Positions 21,008 to 29,193 of a stretch of DNA of 64,000 nucleotides are shown here, one piece after another. The notes under the pieces are model-generated. The model was not told the DNA's origin and did no database searches. It worked only from the letters and a program-made list of their open reading frames with translations. The DNA comes from Planctomycetota bacterium. Its GTDB lineage: Bacteria > Planctomycetota > UBA1135 > UBA2386. The first letter of the stretch is position 1; the number at the start of each line of letters is the position of its first letter. Where the stretch lies: NCBI GenBank assembly GCA_965223545.1, contig OZ245006.1, positions 4,960,001 to 5,024,000 on the forward strand, given 5' to 3'. The translations under genes were made by a program, and so were the position numbers.

Positions 21008-22021
21008 ATGGCGGTCACCAAGAAAGAGCTGCTCGGCAGCGAGCTGATGCGCGAGATCCTGCGCATCCGCATCGACACGCTGTGGAGCATGCTGGGGCTG
21101 CTGCGCGACGGCCGCCATCCCCCGGTCGACGCCGAGAAGTCGACCGGTGACCTGGACGACAAGGGCGGCCTGTTCGTCCCCGGCGGGCTCGTGCTGCACG
21201 ACTGGGAAGGCAACCCCGTGCGGCCGGTGGCGCTCGCCGATGGAAAGGCCGCGACCTTTCGGTCCGCGGTGCGCGTGGCCCTGCGCCACGACGGCGCCCA
21301 CCTCTTGTCGGCCGCCGGCGTCGCCCGCGCCAAGCTCGGCAACTCCGCGTTCGCCCGCATGTCGTCCAGCATCCTGCACAACCGCCGCGAGGCGCTGCGC
21401 CGTCGGCGGCGGCTGGGTGAGCATCCGCCGGCCCGGATCGGTTCGCGCGCGATATCCAAGAGTCACTGCCCGCCCTGGGTGCCGGCTCCGTTCGGCTCGC
21501 GCACGTCGCTGAGCTCGGATCTGGCCGTGTGTCTGTGCGAGCCGCGGATGTACTTCCTGCAGTGCCTGGAGTACTACGAGCTGCGCGCGGCCGAGGCCGA
21601 GGCGTTGTGGCAAGGCATCAAAGAGTCGCGCCAACCGGTGCTCGGCGACGACGGTGTCGTGCTGGCGCCACCGCTGGTGGTCACCTGCCACAACACGCGC
21701 TACCGCGAGGCCAACCTGATCGGTCTGACGCGGCTCTGCGGCTTCGGGCGGTTTGGCGAGTTCGCCACCATCTCGGCGGAGCCACTCGGTACGGACCTGC
21801 TGCACGAGCTGGAAGTCGGCCGCGAACGGATCGCCGCGGATGAGATCGTCGCCACCTACGATGGCATCGAGGTTGCCTTGGTGCTGCGCGTGTACCCGCG
21901 CACCAACCCCGGCGCCCGCCTGCTCAAGGGTGTTACGACCAGTTTGATTTCGGCGGAGCGCGACCTCGGCCTCGATGTCGAGGCCATCACCGAAGAAGCC
22001 CGCGAGCGCTACGACGTGTAG
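21008..22021 (+). CDS. Hypothetical protein, possible divergent diadenylate-cyclase (DisA_N/DAC) fold
   Basis: GAGG upstream of ATG; ordered motifs KGGLFV, RHDGAHLL and FGSRTSLS echo the DAC GALIV, DGA and GxRHR motifs. Confidence 0.5.
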   Translation: MAVTKKELLGSELMREILRIRIDTLWSMLGLLRDGRHPPVDAEKSTGDLDDKGGLFVPGGLVLHDWEGNPVRPVALADGKAATFRSAVRVALRHDGAHLLSAAGVARAKLGNSAFARMSSSILHNRREALRRRRRLGEHPPARIGSRAISKSHCPPWVPAPFGSRTSLSSDLAVCLCEPRMYFLQCLEYYELRAAEAEALWQGIKESRQPVLGDDGVVLAPPLVVTCHNTRYREANLIGLTRLCGFGRFGEFATISAEPLGTDLLHELEVGRERIAADEIVATYDGIEVALVLRVYPRTNPGARLLKGVTTSLISAERDLGLDVEAITEEARERYDV

Positions 22022-22039
22022 AGCTGCGCCGCAAGTCCG

Positions 22040-24601
22040 TCACCAGTCGCCGCGCACGACGACTTCGCCGGTGTGCTGCTCGCGCGGCAGATCGATCGGG
22101 CCGAAACGGCGCCGTTCGCCATCGACCTCGGCGGAGACGAAGAACGCGTCCCAGGGCGCGCGCTTCAGCGTCAGCCAACCGTCGGCGTCGGTGCGCAGAC
22201 TGCCGGGGATGTAGAAGTCTTTGCGGTCGAGCTTCACCTGCAGGTCCGGCAGTGGCGTTTCGTCGGGTGCCAGCAGGCGCACGCGCATCGCGCGCACCGT
22301 GGCGCGCACGTCGACGCTGCGGGACTCGCCGGCGGCGACCGAGAAGCGGTCCGGCAGCTGGAGGTGGAGCCAGCCCGGGCCGGGGTCGGCGGCCAGGGTG
22401 ACCGAGAAGCCGTAGTTGCCGGCCGGTACCGTCGCGCGGAAGGCGCCCTCGCCATCGGTGGCGATGCGCAGCGAGGTCGGTTCGCCGGGTGCGAGGTGCC
22501 GCACGAAGCAGTGGACGTCACGCAGGGGTTCGCCGTTGATCCACACCCGTCCCTCGACGGTGGCCGGTAGGAGCGCGTCGATCGACCACTGCAGGGCGCG
22601 GGGCTCGCCGGGAACCAAGGTCTCGGTGCCCAGCGGCAGGACGACCGAGTCGGCGTGCACCGGGCTGGTCTCGAGCCAGTAGCGCAGCGAGAAGTCGTGC
22701 GCGCCCGCGCCGAGCCCACCCAGCTCGAAGTGCCCGCTCGCGTCGACTTCCGCGGTGCGCGGCTTCGCGTCTTCGTCCTGGCTGGGGGTGATCAGGACGG
22801 CGACCGGCTCGCGGCCACGGCTGGCGAGGTCGCGCAGGGTGGTCACCGCCTCCAGAGGCTCGAGTTGGCCGTCGACGGCGGCGGCGCTCTCCACGGTGAT
22901 GCGCTGCACCGTGGCCGCGATGCCCACCTCCACTGCTTGGACGCGGCCCAGGTGTGTGGTGCCCTGCGCGCGCAGCCACCACGAGCCCGGCGGCGCGCTG
23001 AAGTGCACCCGGCCGTCAGCGGGGGTCATCGCCTGCGCGATGACCAGGTGCGATGGTGTTCGTCGCGGCACGTCCGCGTCGCCGACCGCCGGGAGCGCGC
23101 CGCCGGCGGTGGGCGCGGCGCGGTCGAGGGCGCAGATGAGCTCGACCGCGGAGCCTTCCATCGGGCGGCCGGCTGGGTCCTGGACGACGACCTCGAGCGG
23201 CACCGCGTCGGGGACGGTGACCGAGATCTCGGCATGCGGCTGGGCCGGGTTCACCTCGAACTCGACCGGGCCGGCCAGTGCGAGTCGGCGGTCGGCGGGA
23301 ACCACCAGGACACCGCAAGTCCCGGGGGTCATGCCTTCGATCGTGCATCGACCGTCCGCGTGGCCGCCTCGGCGCGCCTGGCCGACGGTGCGCACCCAAC
23401 CCTCCCGGCCGCGCCGCAGGCCGAACAACGCGTAGTCGGCGACCGGCCGGCCGCGCGCGTCGCGCACCGTGAAGTCGAGGTCGGGCTTGCGGCGCAACAC
23501 GAGCTCGACGTCGCCTGTGCCCCACGCCACCCGTGTCTCCGGGTCGGGCGCGACGCGTTCGAAGAGGCCTCCGCGAACGCTGGTGTGCAGGCGTGCGCCG
23601 GCGACGCCATCGTTGTGGCTGGGACCGGCGCGGTGAATCGCGAACATACCGTCCGCGTCGCTGCGGCCGCGCCCGACGTAGCCGTCGCCGTTGGCGGACA
23701 CGCCGACGTCCGCCAGCGGCCGACCGGACTCGTCGACGACCCGGCCGCGGATCGTGAACCGCGGGTCGGGGCGTTGCACGACGATCCGCAGCGGCAGCGA
23801 CTCCTCGTCGCCGTTGAGCTTGACCGATCGCGGCTCGACCAACGCGCCCGATTCTTCGACGCCGACGTACCACTCACCGGCGTAGGCCGGGGCGGCGAAC
23901 GCGAAGGCGCCGCGCGCGTCGGTGCGGGCGCGGAGCATGTCTTCGGCGACGACGGTGCGCTGCGTGCCGGTGAGGTCGATCATCGCGAACAGGACTCCGG
24001 CGTCGGCGACCACTGCCCCGCTCTCGTCGACGAGGGTGCCGCGCACGCGCACCGCGCGGTGCATCGGCACGTCGCCGACGTCGATCGTGCGACCCGGCGC
24101 CGGCCGGGGCCAATTCCCCTCGCGCGGGGTGCGGCCGGCGGCGGTGATCCGCAGCGCGACGTCGTCGTAGGGGTGGGCCAGCGTGATCGCCAGCTCGAAC
24201 ACCCCGTCGGCCGCGGTCTTGATGGCAGCGGGTGTGTCGAGCGCCGGCCACTCCGGTGGTGCGGCGCGCGCCGGGGCGCGGCGGACCGCGACCGTGCATT
24301 CGGCGAGCGGCGCGCCGTCCTCGCTGCGCACGCACCGGCCGCGCAAGACCACGGCCGCGCCGTCGACCGAGGCGGCATCGTGCGGCTGGTCATCGCGCTC
24401 CTGCGTTGCCGCGGTCCGCACGCGCTGCGCGGAGTCCCCGATCGGCGCCTGAGTGTCCGCCATGGTCGAGGGTGCGTGCGGCGCCGCCCAGTCGGTGCGT
24501 GTGATGATGAAAGGGCGAGCGCCGGTGCTGGTCGCGATCGCGTAGCCGGCGGCCGCGAGAAGGGCGGCCCCGATCAGAAGCGTAGCCCGCATGCCTTGCA
24601 T
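22040..24601 (-). CDS. Membrane-anchored carboxypeptidase-regulatory-like (Cna-B/Ig) repeat protein
   Basis: N-terminal TM; repeated (L/V/I)RGxxVDExGxP and TDAxGxF motifs. Start at 24601 or 24592. Confidence 0.78.
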   Translation of the reverse strand: MQGMRATLLIGAALLAAAGYAIATSTGARPFIITRTDWAAPHAPSTMADTQAPIGDSAQRVRTAATQERDDQPHDAASVDGAAVVLRGRCVRSEDGAPLAECTVAVRRAPARAAPPEWPALDTPAAIKTAADGVFELAITLAHPYDDVALRITAAGRTPREGNWPRPAPGRTIDVGDVPMHRAVRVRGTLVDESGAVVADAGVLFAMIDLTGTQRTVVAEDMLRARTDARGAFAFAAPAYAGEWYVGVEESGALVEPRSVKLNGDEESLPLRIVVQRPDPRFTIRGRVVDESGRPLADVGVSANGDGYVGRGRSDADGMFAIHRAGPSHNDGVAGARLHTSVRGGLFERVAPDPETRVAWGTGDVELVLRRKPDLDFTVRDARGRPVADYALFGLRRGREGWVRTVGQARRGGHADGRCTIEGMTPGTCGVLVVPADRRLALAGPVEFEVNPAQPHAEISVTVPDAVPLEVVVQDPAGRPMEGSAVELICALDRAAPTAGGALPAVGDADVPRRTPSHLVIAQAMTPADGRVHFSAPPGSWWLRAQGTTHLGRVQAVEVGIAATVQRITVESAAAVDGQLEPLEAVTTLRDLASRGREPVAVLITPSQDEDAKPRTAEVDASGHFELGGLGAGAHDFSLRYWLETSPVHADSVVLPLGTETLVPGEPRALQWSIDALLPATVEGRVWINGEPLRDVHCFVRHLAPGEPTSLRIATDGEGAFRATVPAGNYGFSVTLAADPGPGWLHLQLPDRFSVAAGESRSVDVRATVRAMRVRLLAPDETPLPDLQVKLDRKDFYIPGSLRTDADGWLTLKRAPWDAFFVSAEVDGERRRFGPIDLPREQHTGEVVVRGDW

Positions 24602-24701
24602 GCGGTACAGCGTAGCTGACGCTCGTCGCGAGGACCGGGTCCACCGCCTCGTAGCTCCCGCGGGGCTTGTCGGGCGAGACGGGGGGGAGGACGATTTCGC
24701 C

Positions 24702-26255
24702 ATGCGAACGCTCCCGCTGCTGTTTCTCCTGTCGACCTCGGTCGCGGCGCAGGGTGTGCTGCCGCTGGCGGAGACCTATCACTTCGCCGGTCTCGAGCTC
24801 GACTTCGACGATGCCTGCGGTTGCAGCGCCGTACCGACGATCGTCGCGTCGGGTGGTTCGCTGACGCTCGCGCTCGACGGCAGCGCGGGCTTCTCGGTCA
24901 CCGACGAGGCGATTTGCCCAGGCGGGAGCGTGCAAGCCAGCAGCGACACCGGCAGCGGGACCTACGCGGTACGTGGAGACGGCGTGATCGCGTTCGATTG
25001 GAATGCGGCCAGCCCCGGAGTGGATCTCACGTCGGCGTTCCTGCGCGCCAACGGCTCCGCGTTCTTGGTAGGCCGCAACAGTGAGGAGGAGTCAGATGCC
25101 GCGATCGCCCTGGCGATTGCCCTTTCCAGCGGCCAGAGCAATGCGACGCTCACCGGTCGCTACCACCTGCTTCGCATGGTGAACCGCAACGGAGTCGCGG
25201 GGTTCTCGACCAGCGCCTGGATCGGCACGGCGACCTTCGACGGGGTGGGGGCCTACACCGAGGCCGGTACCCAGCACGATCTGAGCTTGGGAGGCGCGCC
25301 GGCGAGCAGTGCGGCCACGGGATCCGGCAGCTACGCGGTTGCCGCCGATGGTGTGGTCACCGCTGGCGCGGCGCGCGGTGTCGTCAGCGCCGACGGCGAG
25401 CTGTTCTTTTGGTCCAGTCGCGCCGGCCCGGACTACGAGTTCACGGTCGGTTTGCGGCAGGCCGGCGGGCGAACGACGGGGCAGCTGAACGGAACGTGGG
25501 GCATCGCGCAGCTGGATGCGGCGATCGCGGCCACGCGCACTCCTGCCGAAATGGAGACGGCCTGGGGGAGCTACCGCTTCGGCAACACCGGCGGGGGTAC
25601 CGCATCGTTGTTCGGCGACGTGCTCGACGTCGGCAGCTTGCCGCAGATCGGCGGTTGCCCCTTCACCTCGGGCAGTCAATACCAGTTTCAATCGTCGGTC
25701 GCCATCAACGGTGTCGGCCAGTTGTCGGCGTCTCCTGGCGCGACGCCGTTCGGCGCGGTGAGCGCCGACGGCAGCGTGCTGTTCACCCTGACGGTTCCGG
25801 GCGACGCGATCGGCATCGCGCTCGGCCTGTCGCGGTGCTCCTGGCCGGGGACGATCGGCGCCGGCACTGCTGGCACCGGGGCGGCGATCCCGAGCTTGTT
25901 CACCGTCGGTGGGTTTCCGTTTCTCGGCAATGCCGCGTTCGGCTACGTCGCTGCCGGGGGGCGGGGCGGCGGAGCCGCGGCACTGGTGTTGTCCACCGCG
26001 GCGCTCTCGTCGGGGCTGCCGCTCTTGGGAGGCACGCTCTGGATTGACCCGACGCGGTTGGTGGCGTCGTTCCCGCAGCTCCTGTCCGGCCCGCCCGGTG
26101 TCGGCGGGATCGGTGCGGCGGGTTGGTCCCTGCCGCTGCCGGTGGCGCGCAACGGCACCGCGCTGACGCTCGCGAGTCAGGTGATCGTGCTGGATCCGGC
26201 GGCGCCGGGCGGCGTCGCGATGTCGCCCGCCGTCGTCGCGCAGCCCTGTCGTTGA
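24702..26255 (+). CDS. Secreted beta-rich hypothetical protein with internal repeats and C-terminal conserved module
   Basis: GGAGG at 24686-24690; signal peptide ending VAAQ; repeated GSGxYAV..DG and GxVSADG; C-terminal QVIVLDPAAPGGVAMSPA. Confidence 0.72.
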   Translation: MRTLPLLFLLSTSVAAQGVLPLAETYHFAGLELDFDDACGCSAVPTIVASGGSLTLALDGSAGFSVTDEAICPGGSVQASSDTGSGTYAVRGDGVIAFDWNAASPGVDLTSAFLRANGSAFLVGRNSEEESDAAIALAIALSSGQSNATLTGRYHLLRMVNRNGVAGFSTSAWIGTATFDGVGAYTEAGTQHDLSLGGAPASSAATGSGSYAVAADGVVTAGAARGVVSADGELFFWSSRAGPDYEFTVGLRQAGGRTTGQLNGTWGIAQLDAAIAATRTPAEMETAWGSYRFGNTGGGTASLFGDVLDVGSLPQIGGCPFTSGSQYQFQSSVAINGVGQLSASPGATPFGAVSADGSVLFTLTVPGDAIGIALGLSRCSWPGTIGAGTAGTGAAIPSLFTVGGFPFLGNAAFGYVAAGGRGGGAAALVLSTAALSSGLPLLGGTLWIDPTRLVASFPQLLSGPPGVGGIGAAGWSLPLPVARNGTALTLASQVIVLDPAAPGGVAMSPAVVAQPCR

Positions 26256-26258
26256 CCG

Positions 26259-26325
26259 CGACCCGCGGCGGCCGACCCGCGGCGGCCGACCCGCGGCGGC
26301 CGACCCGCGGCGGCCGACCCGCGGC
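26259..26325. repeat. Tandem repeat, 14-bp unit CGACCCGCGGCGGC, about 4.8 copies
   Basis: Four perfect units at 26259, 26273, 26287 and 26301 plus an 11-bp partial at 26315; no spacers. Confidence 0.95.
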
Positions 26326-26424
26326 CGGCTCCCCGGTTTGCGGCTTCCGCCTGGCGTGCTTGCGCCGGTCGCCTATCCTCGCCGCGCTCCTCCCCCCCGA
26401 CCCCACCGAAGACCGACCGCCGTG

Positions 26425-28089
26425 ATGATCCGACGCTGCAGTGCCGTTCTCGTTTCTCTCTCCGTTGTCGCCGGCCTCGCCGCCCAGCGCGGGGATGCCC
26501 CATCGACGGGGCAGCACTCCGAGCTGGGGCGCATGTGGCCGTTCGACAACGTCCCCGCCGCCGATTTCGAGGCCCGCTACGGCTTCGCGCCGTCGCAGGA
26601 GTGGCTCGACCACCTGCGGCTGTCGTCGGCGAAGTTCGGCGGCGGTTGCTCGTCGTCGTTCGTCAGTGGGCGCGGCCTGATCTTGACCAACCACCACTGC
26701 GCCCGGGGCAACATCGCCTCGGCTTCGCCCGAAGGTCAGGACTGGCTGCGCGACGGCTACATCGCAAGCTCCCTCGAGGCGGAGGTGCCGCTCGAAGGTC
26801 TCGAAGTGCGCCAAGTGGTCGGCATGCGCGACGTCACCGCTGAGATGAACGCCGGGCTGGAGGACGGTGATCAGCAGACCGTGCTGGCGCGCAACCGCGC
26901 CGCGATCTTGGCCGCCGCGCGCGAGACCGATGCCGACCACGAGCACGAGCTGGTGTCGCTCTACCAGGGCGGCGTGTATCACGTCTACTCGTACCGAGTG
27001 TTCGACGACATCCGCTTGGTGGCGACGCCGCAGATGCAGGCCGCCAAGTTCGGCGGTGACCCCGACAACTTCACCTTCCCGCGCTACTCACTGGACTTCA
27101 CGCTGGTCCGCGCCTGGGAAGACGGCAAGCCGGCCGACACGTCGGCCCACTACCTGAAGTTCAAGACTGCTGGCCCCGCCGAGGGCGAGGCGGTGTTCGT
27201 CTCCGGCAACCCGGGCTCGACCGGCCGGCTGGAGACCATCGCGCAGATGGAGTTCCGCCGCGACGTCGAGTATCCGGCGACGCTGGAGCGCATCCATGCC
27301 ATGCTCGACCGAATGCCGGAGGATGCGGGCGATGCGCGCGCGGTGGCGCAGCGGTTGTCGCTGGAGAACGCGCGCAAGGCGTACACCGGCTACCTGGACG
27401 GCCTGCGCAACGAGAACGTCATGCAGATCAAGCGCGATGCGGAAGCGGCGGTCCGCGCCGCTGTTGCCGCCAACCCGACCCTGCAGGAGAAGTACGGAGA
27501 CGCGTGGACCAATCTCGAGCAGATCTGCGCGCAGAAGGCCGAGGCGTTCGCCGCCGGGGGTGACGGTATGCGCGAGCTGCGGCAGCGCGAGGCGGTCGAG
27601 AGCAAGCGCATCGGCGAGGCGTTCTTCGCGGTCTACGGCACCGCGATCCCGCCGGATGCGACCCTGACGCTGCGCTTGTCCGACGGTGTCGTCAAGGGCT
27701 TCCCGATGAACGGCACCATCGCGCCGTGGTTCACCTCGACCTACGGGCTCTACGCCCGCCATACCGAGTTCGGCGGCGAGTCGCCGTTCGACCTGCCGAA
27801 GGAGTGGCTCGAGGCCCGCGACAAGCTGGACCTGACCACGCCGTTCAACTACGTCTCGACCTGCGACATCATCGGTGGCAACTCGGGCAGCCCGATCGTC
27901 GACAGGGAAGGCCATCTGGTCGGCCTGGTGTTCGACGGCAACATCGAGAGCCTGGGCAACCGCTTCGTCTACACCGACGAGGTGGCGCGCACCGTCGCCG
28001 TGCACCCGGCGATCATCGTCGAGTCGCTGCGCAAGGTGTACGACGCGGGCGCCATCGCCGACGAGCTCGAGGGCGTGGCCGGATTCTGA
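26425..28089 (+). CDS. S46 family dipeptidyl peptidase (DPP7-like), internally shortened
   Basis: GRMWPF, GGCSSSFVS, LTNHHC, FGGDPDNFTFPRYSLDF, GNPGST, PDATLTLRLS, DIIGGNSGSP, FDGN. Confidence 0.92.
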   Translation: MIRRCSAVLVSLSVVAGLAAQRGDAPSTGQHSELGRMWPFDNVPAADFEARYGFAPSQEWLDHLRLSSAKFGGGCSSSFVSGRGLILTNHHCARGNIASASPEGQDWLRDGYIASSLEAEVPLEGLEVRQVVGMRDVTAEMNAGLEDGDQQTVLARNRAAILAAARETDADHEHELVSLYQGGVYHVYSYRVFDDIRLVATPQMQAAKFGGDPDNFTFPRYSLDFTLVRAWEDGKPADTSAHYLKFKTAGPAEGEAVFVSGNPGSTGRLETIAQMEFRRDVEYPATLERIHAMLDRMPEDAGDARAVAQRLSLENARKAYTGYLDGLRNENVMQIKRDAEAAVRAAVAANPTLQEKYGDAWTNLEQICAQKAEAFAAGGDGMRELRQREAVESKRIGEAFFAVYGTAIPPDATLTLRLSDGVVKGFPMNGTIAPWFTSTYGLYARHTEFGGESPFDLPKEWLEARDKLDLTTPFNYVSTCDIIGGNSGSPIVDREGHLVGLVFDGNIESLGNRFVYTDEVARTVAVHPAIIVESLRKVYDAGAIADELEGVAGF

Positions 28090-28160
28090 GTGGTCTTTTA
28101 GGTTGCAAACGGGCGGCCCGGACGCTCGCGTGATGGCTGGTTCTGTTACGGAGACCAGCG

Positions 28161-28427
28161 ATGACCATGCGACCCCTCTTGTCCGCCGCCCTCTGCGTTG
28201 CCTTGTTCGCCGCCTGCAAGGGAACCGAGGCGACGACGACGCAGCCGTCCGGCAGCACGTTCGTCAACACCATGTGCCCGATCGCCGCCGAGGCGGTCGA
28301 CCCCGACGTCGAGGGTGTCACCTTCAACGGCTACACCGTCGGCTTCTGCTGTGGGGGTTGTAAGGACGACTGGGACGAGTGGAGCGAGCAGAAGAAGGCC
28401 GACTTCGTCGCCGCGGCGATGCGCTGA
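28161..28427 (+). CDS. Small lipoprotein with YHS/TRASH-like Cys-rich metal-binding domain
   Basis: GGAG upstream; lipobox LFAAC; VNTMCPI...VGFCCGGC. Confidence 0.75.
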   Translation: MTMRPLLSAALCVALFAACKGTEATTTQPSGSTFVNTMCPIAAEAVDPDVEGVTFNGYTVGFCCGGCKDDWDEWSEQKKADFVAAAMR

Positions 28428-28441
28428 AGCGGCCGTTGACG

Positions 28442-29131
28442 GTGCGTGTCGGTGCGTTCGTCCGCCTCTCGGCCGTCCTGCTGTCGACGGGCGCGCTCGC
28501 CGCGGCCCCCCCGCAGGGCGGTGGCGTTTGGGGCGGCCTGCAACGAGCGGCTGCCCGGGCGGTGGACGGTGCCCGCAGCGCCAAGGACGCGATGGGCGCG
28601 GTCGCGGACCGGCTGGTCGAGCACACGGACCCGCGCGTCGTGGCCTACTTCGCGGCCAAGAAGAGCGCCGAGCTCGCCAGTGCGCACCGGCCCTGGCGTC
28701 GGCTGTCGGCGCCGTTGATGCGCCGCTTGGCGCCGCTCTTCCCGCGATTGGACCTGACGGCGGTTCGCTTTCGCGACGAGGCGCGCACGCCGGCCACCGG
28801 CTGGCGCCATGGCCATGCCAGCATGGCGTTCGGCAGCGAGCTGTACTTCGGTCCGGCGATGCCGCAGCTGGTCCTCGACCGCTTCGCGCGCGGGGAGGCG
28901 CGGGCCGGCGAGTCGCTGTTCCGTCTGCTCGTGCACGAGCTGGTGCACGCAGACCAGGTGCGGCGCACTGGCAGTGAGGCCGCGTTCGCCCGCTTGTACT
29001 TGGACGAGTGGGTGATCGGTGGTCTTCGCTACGAGGACAATCGTCTGGAGCGCGAGGCGTTCGCGGCGCAGCGCGGACCGTTGCCGCCGCCGATCGTCGC
29101 GCCCCGCCGCCGCTGGTGCCGCTGGGCCTGA
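28442..29131 (+). CDS. DUF4157-like zincin metallopeptidase domain protein
   Basis: Signal-like N-terminus; DLTAVRF, AFGSELYF, LLVHELVHADQ, NRLEREA. Start uncertain (28436/28442). Confidence 0.7.
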   Translation: MRVGAFVRLSAVLLSTGALAAAPPQGGGVWGGLQRAAARAVDGARSAKDAMGAVADRLVEHTDPRVVAYFAAKKSAELASAHRPWRRLSAPLMRRLAPLFPRLDLTAVRFRDEARTPATGWRHGHASMAFGSELYFGPAMPQLVLDRFARGEARAGESLFRLLVHELVHADQVRRTGSEAAFARLYLDEWVIGGLRYEDNRLEREAFAAQRGPLPPPIVAPRRRWCRWA

Positions 29132-29193
29132 CCGCACGGTCCTGCGTCACGCGCCGCGCGGAGAGCTGCCGGGCTTGGGAGCACCACCGTCGC

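Noticed and set aside
26259..26325. Possible CRISPR array
   Set aside because: Units are 14 bp and contiguous, with no spacers and no cas genes.
28442..29131. eCIS (contractile injection system) locus implied by the DUF4157-like gene
   Set aside because: No sheath, tube, baseplate or spike genes nearby; the gene is stand-alone.
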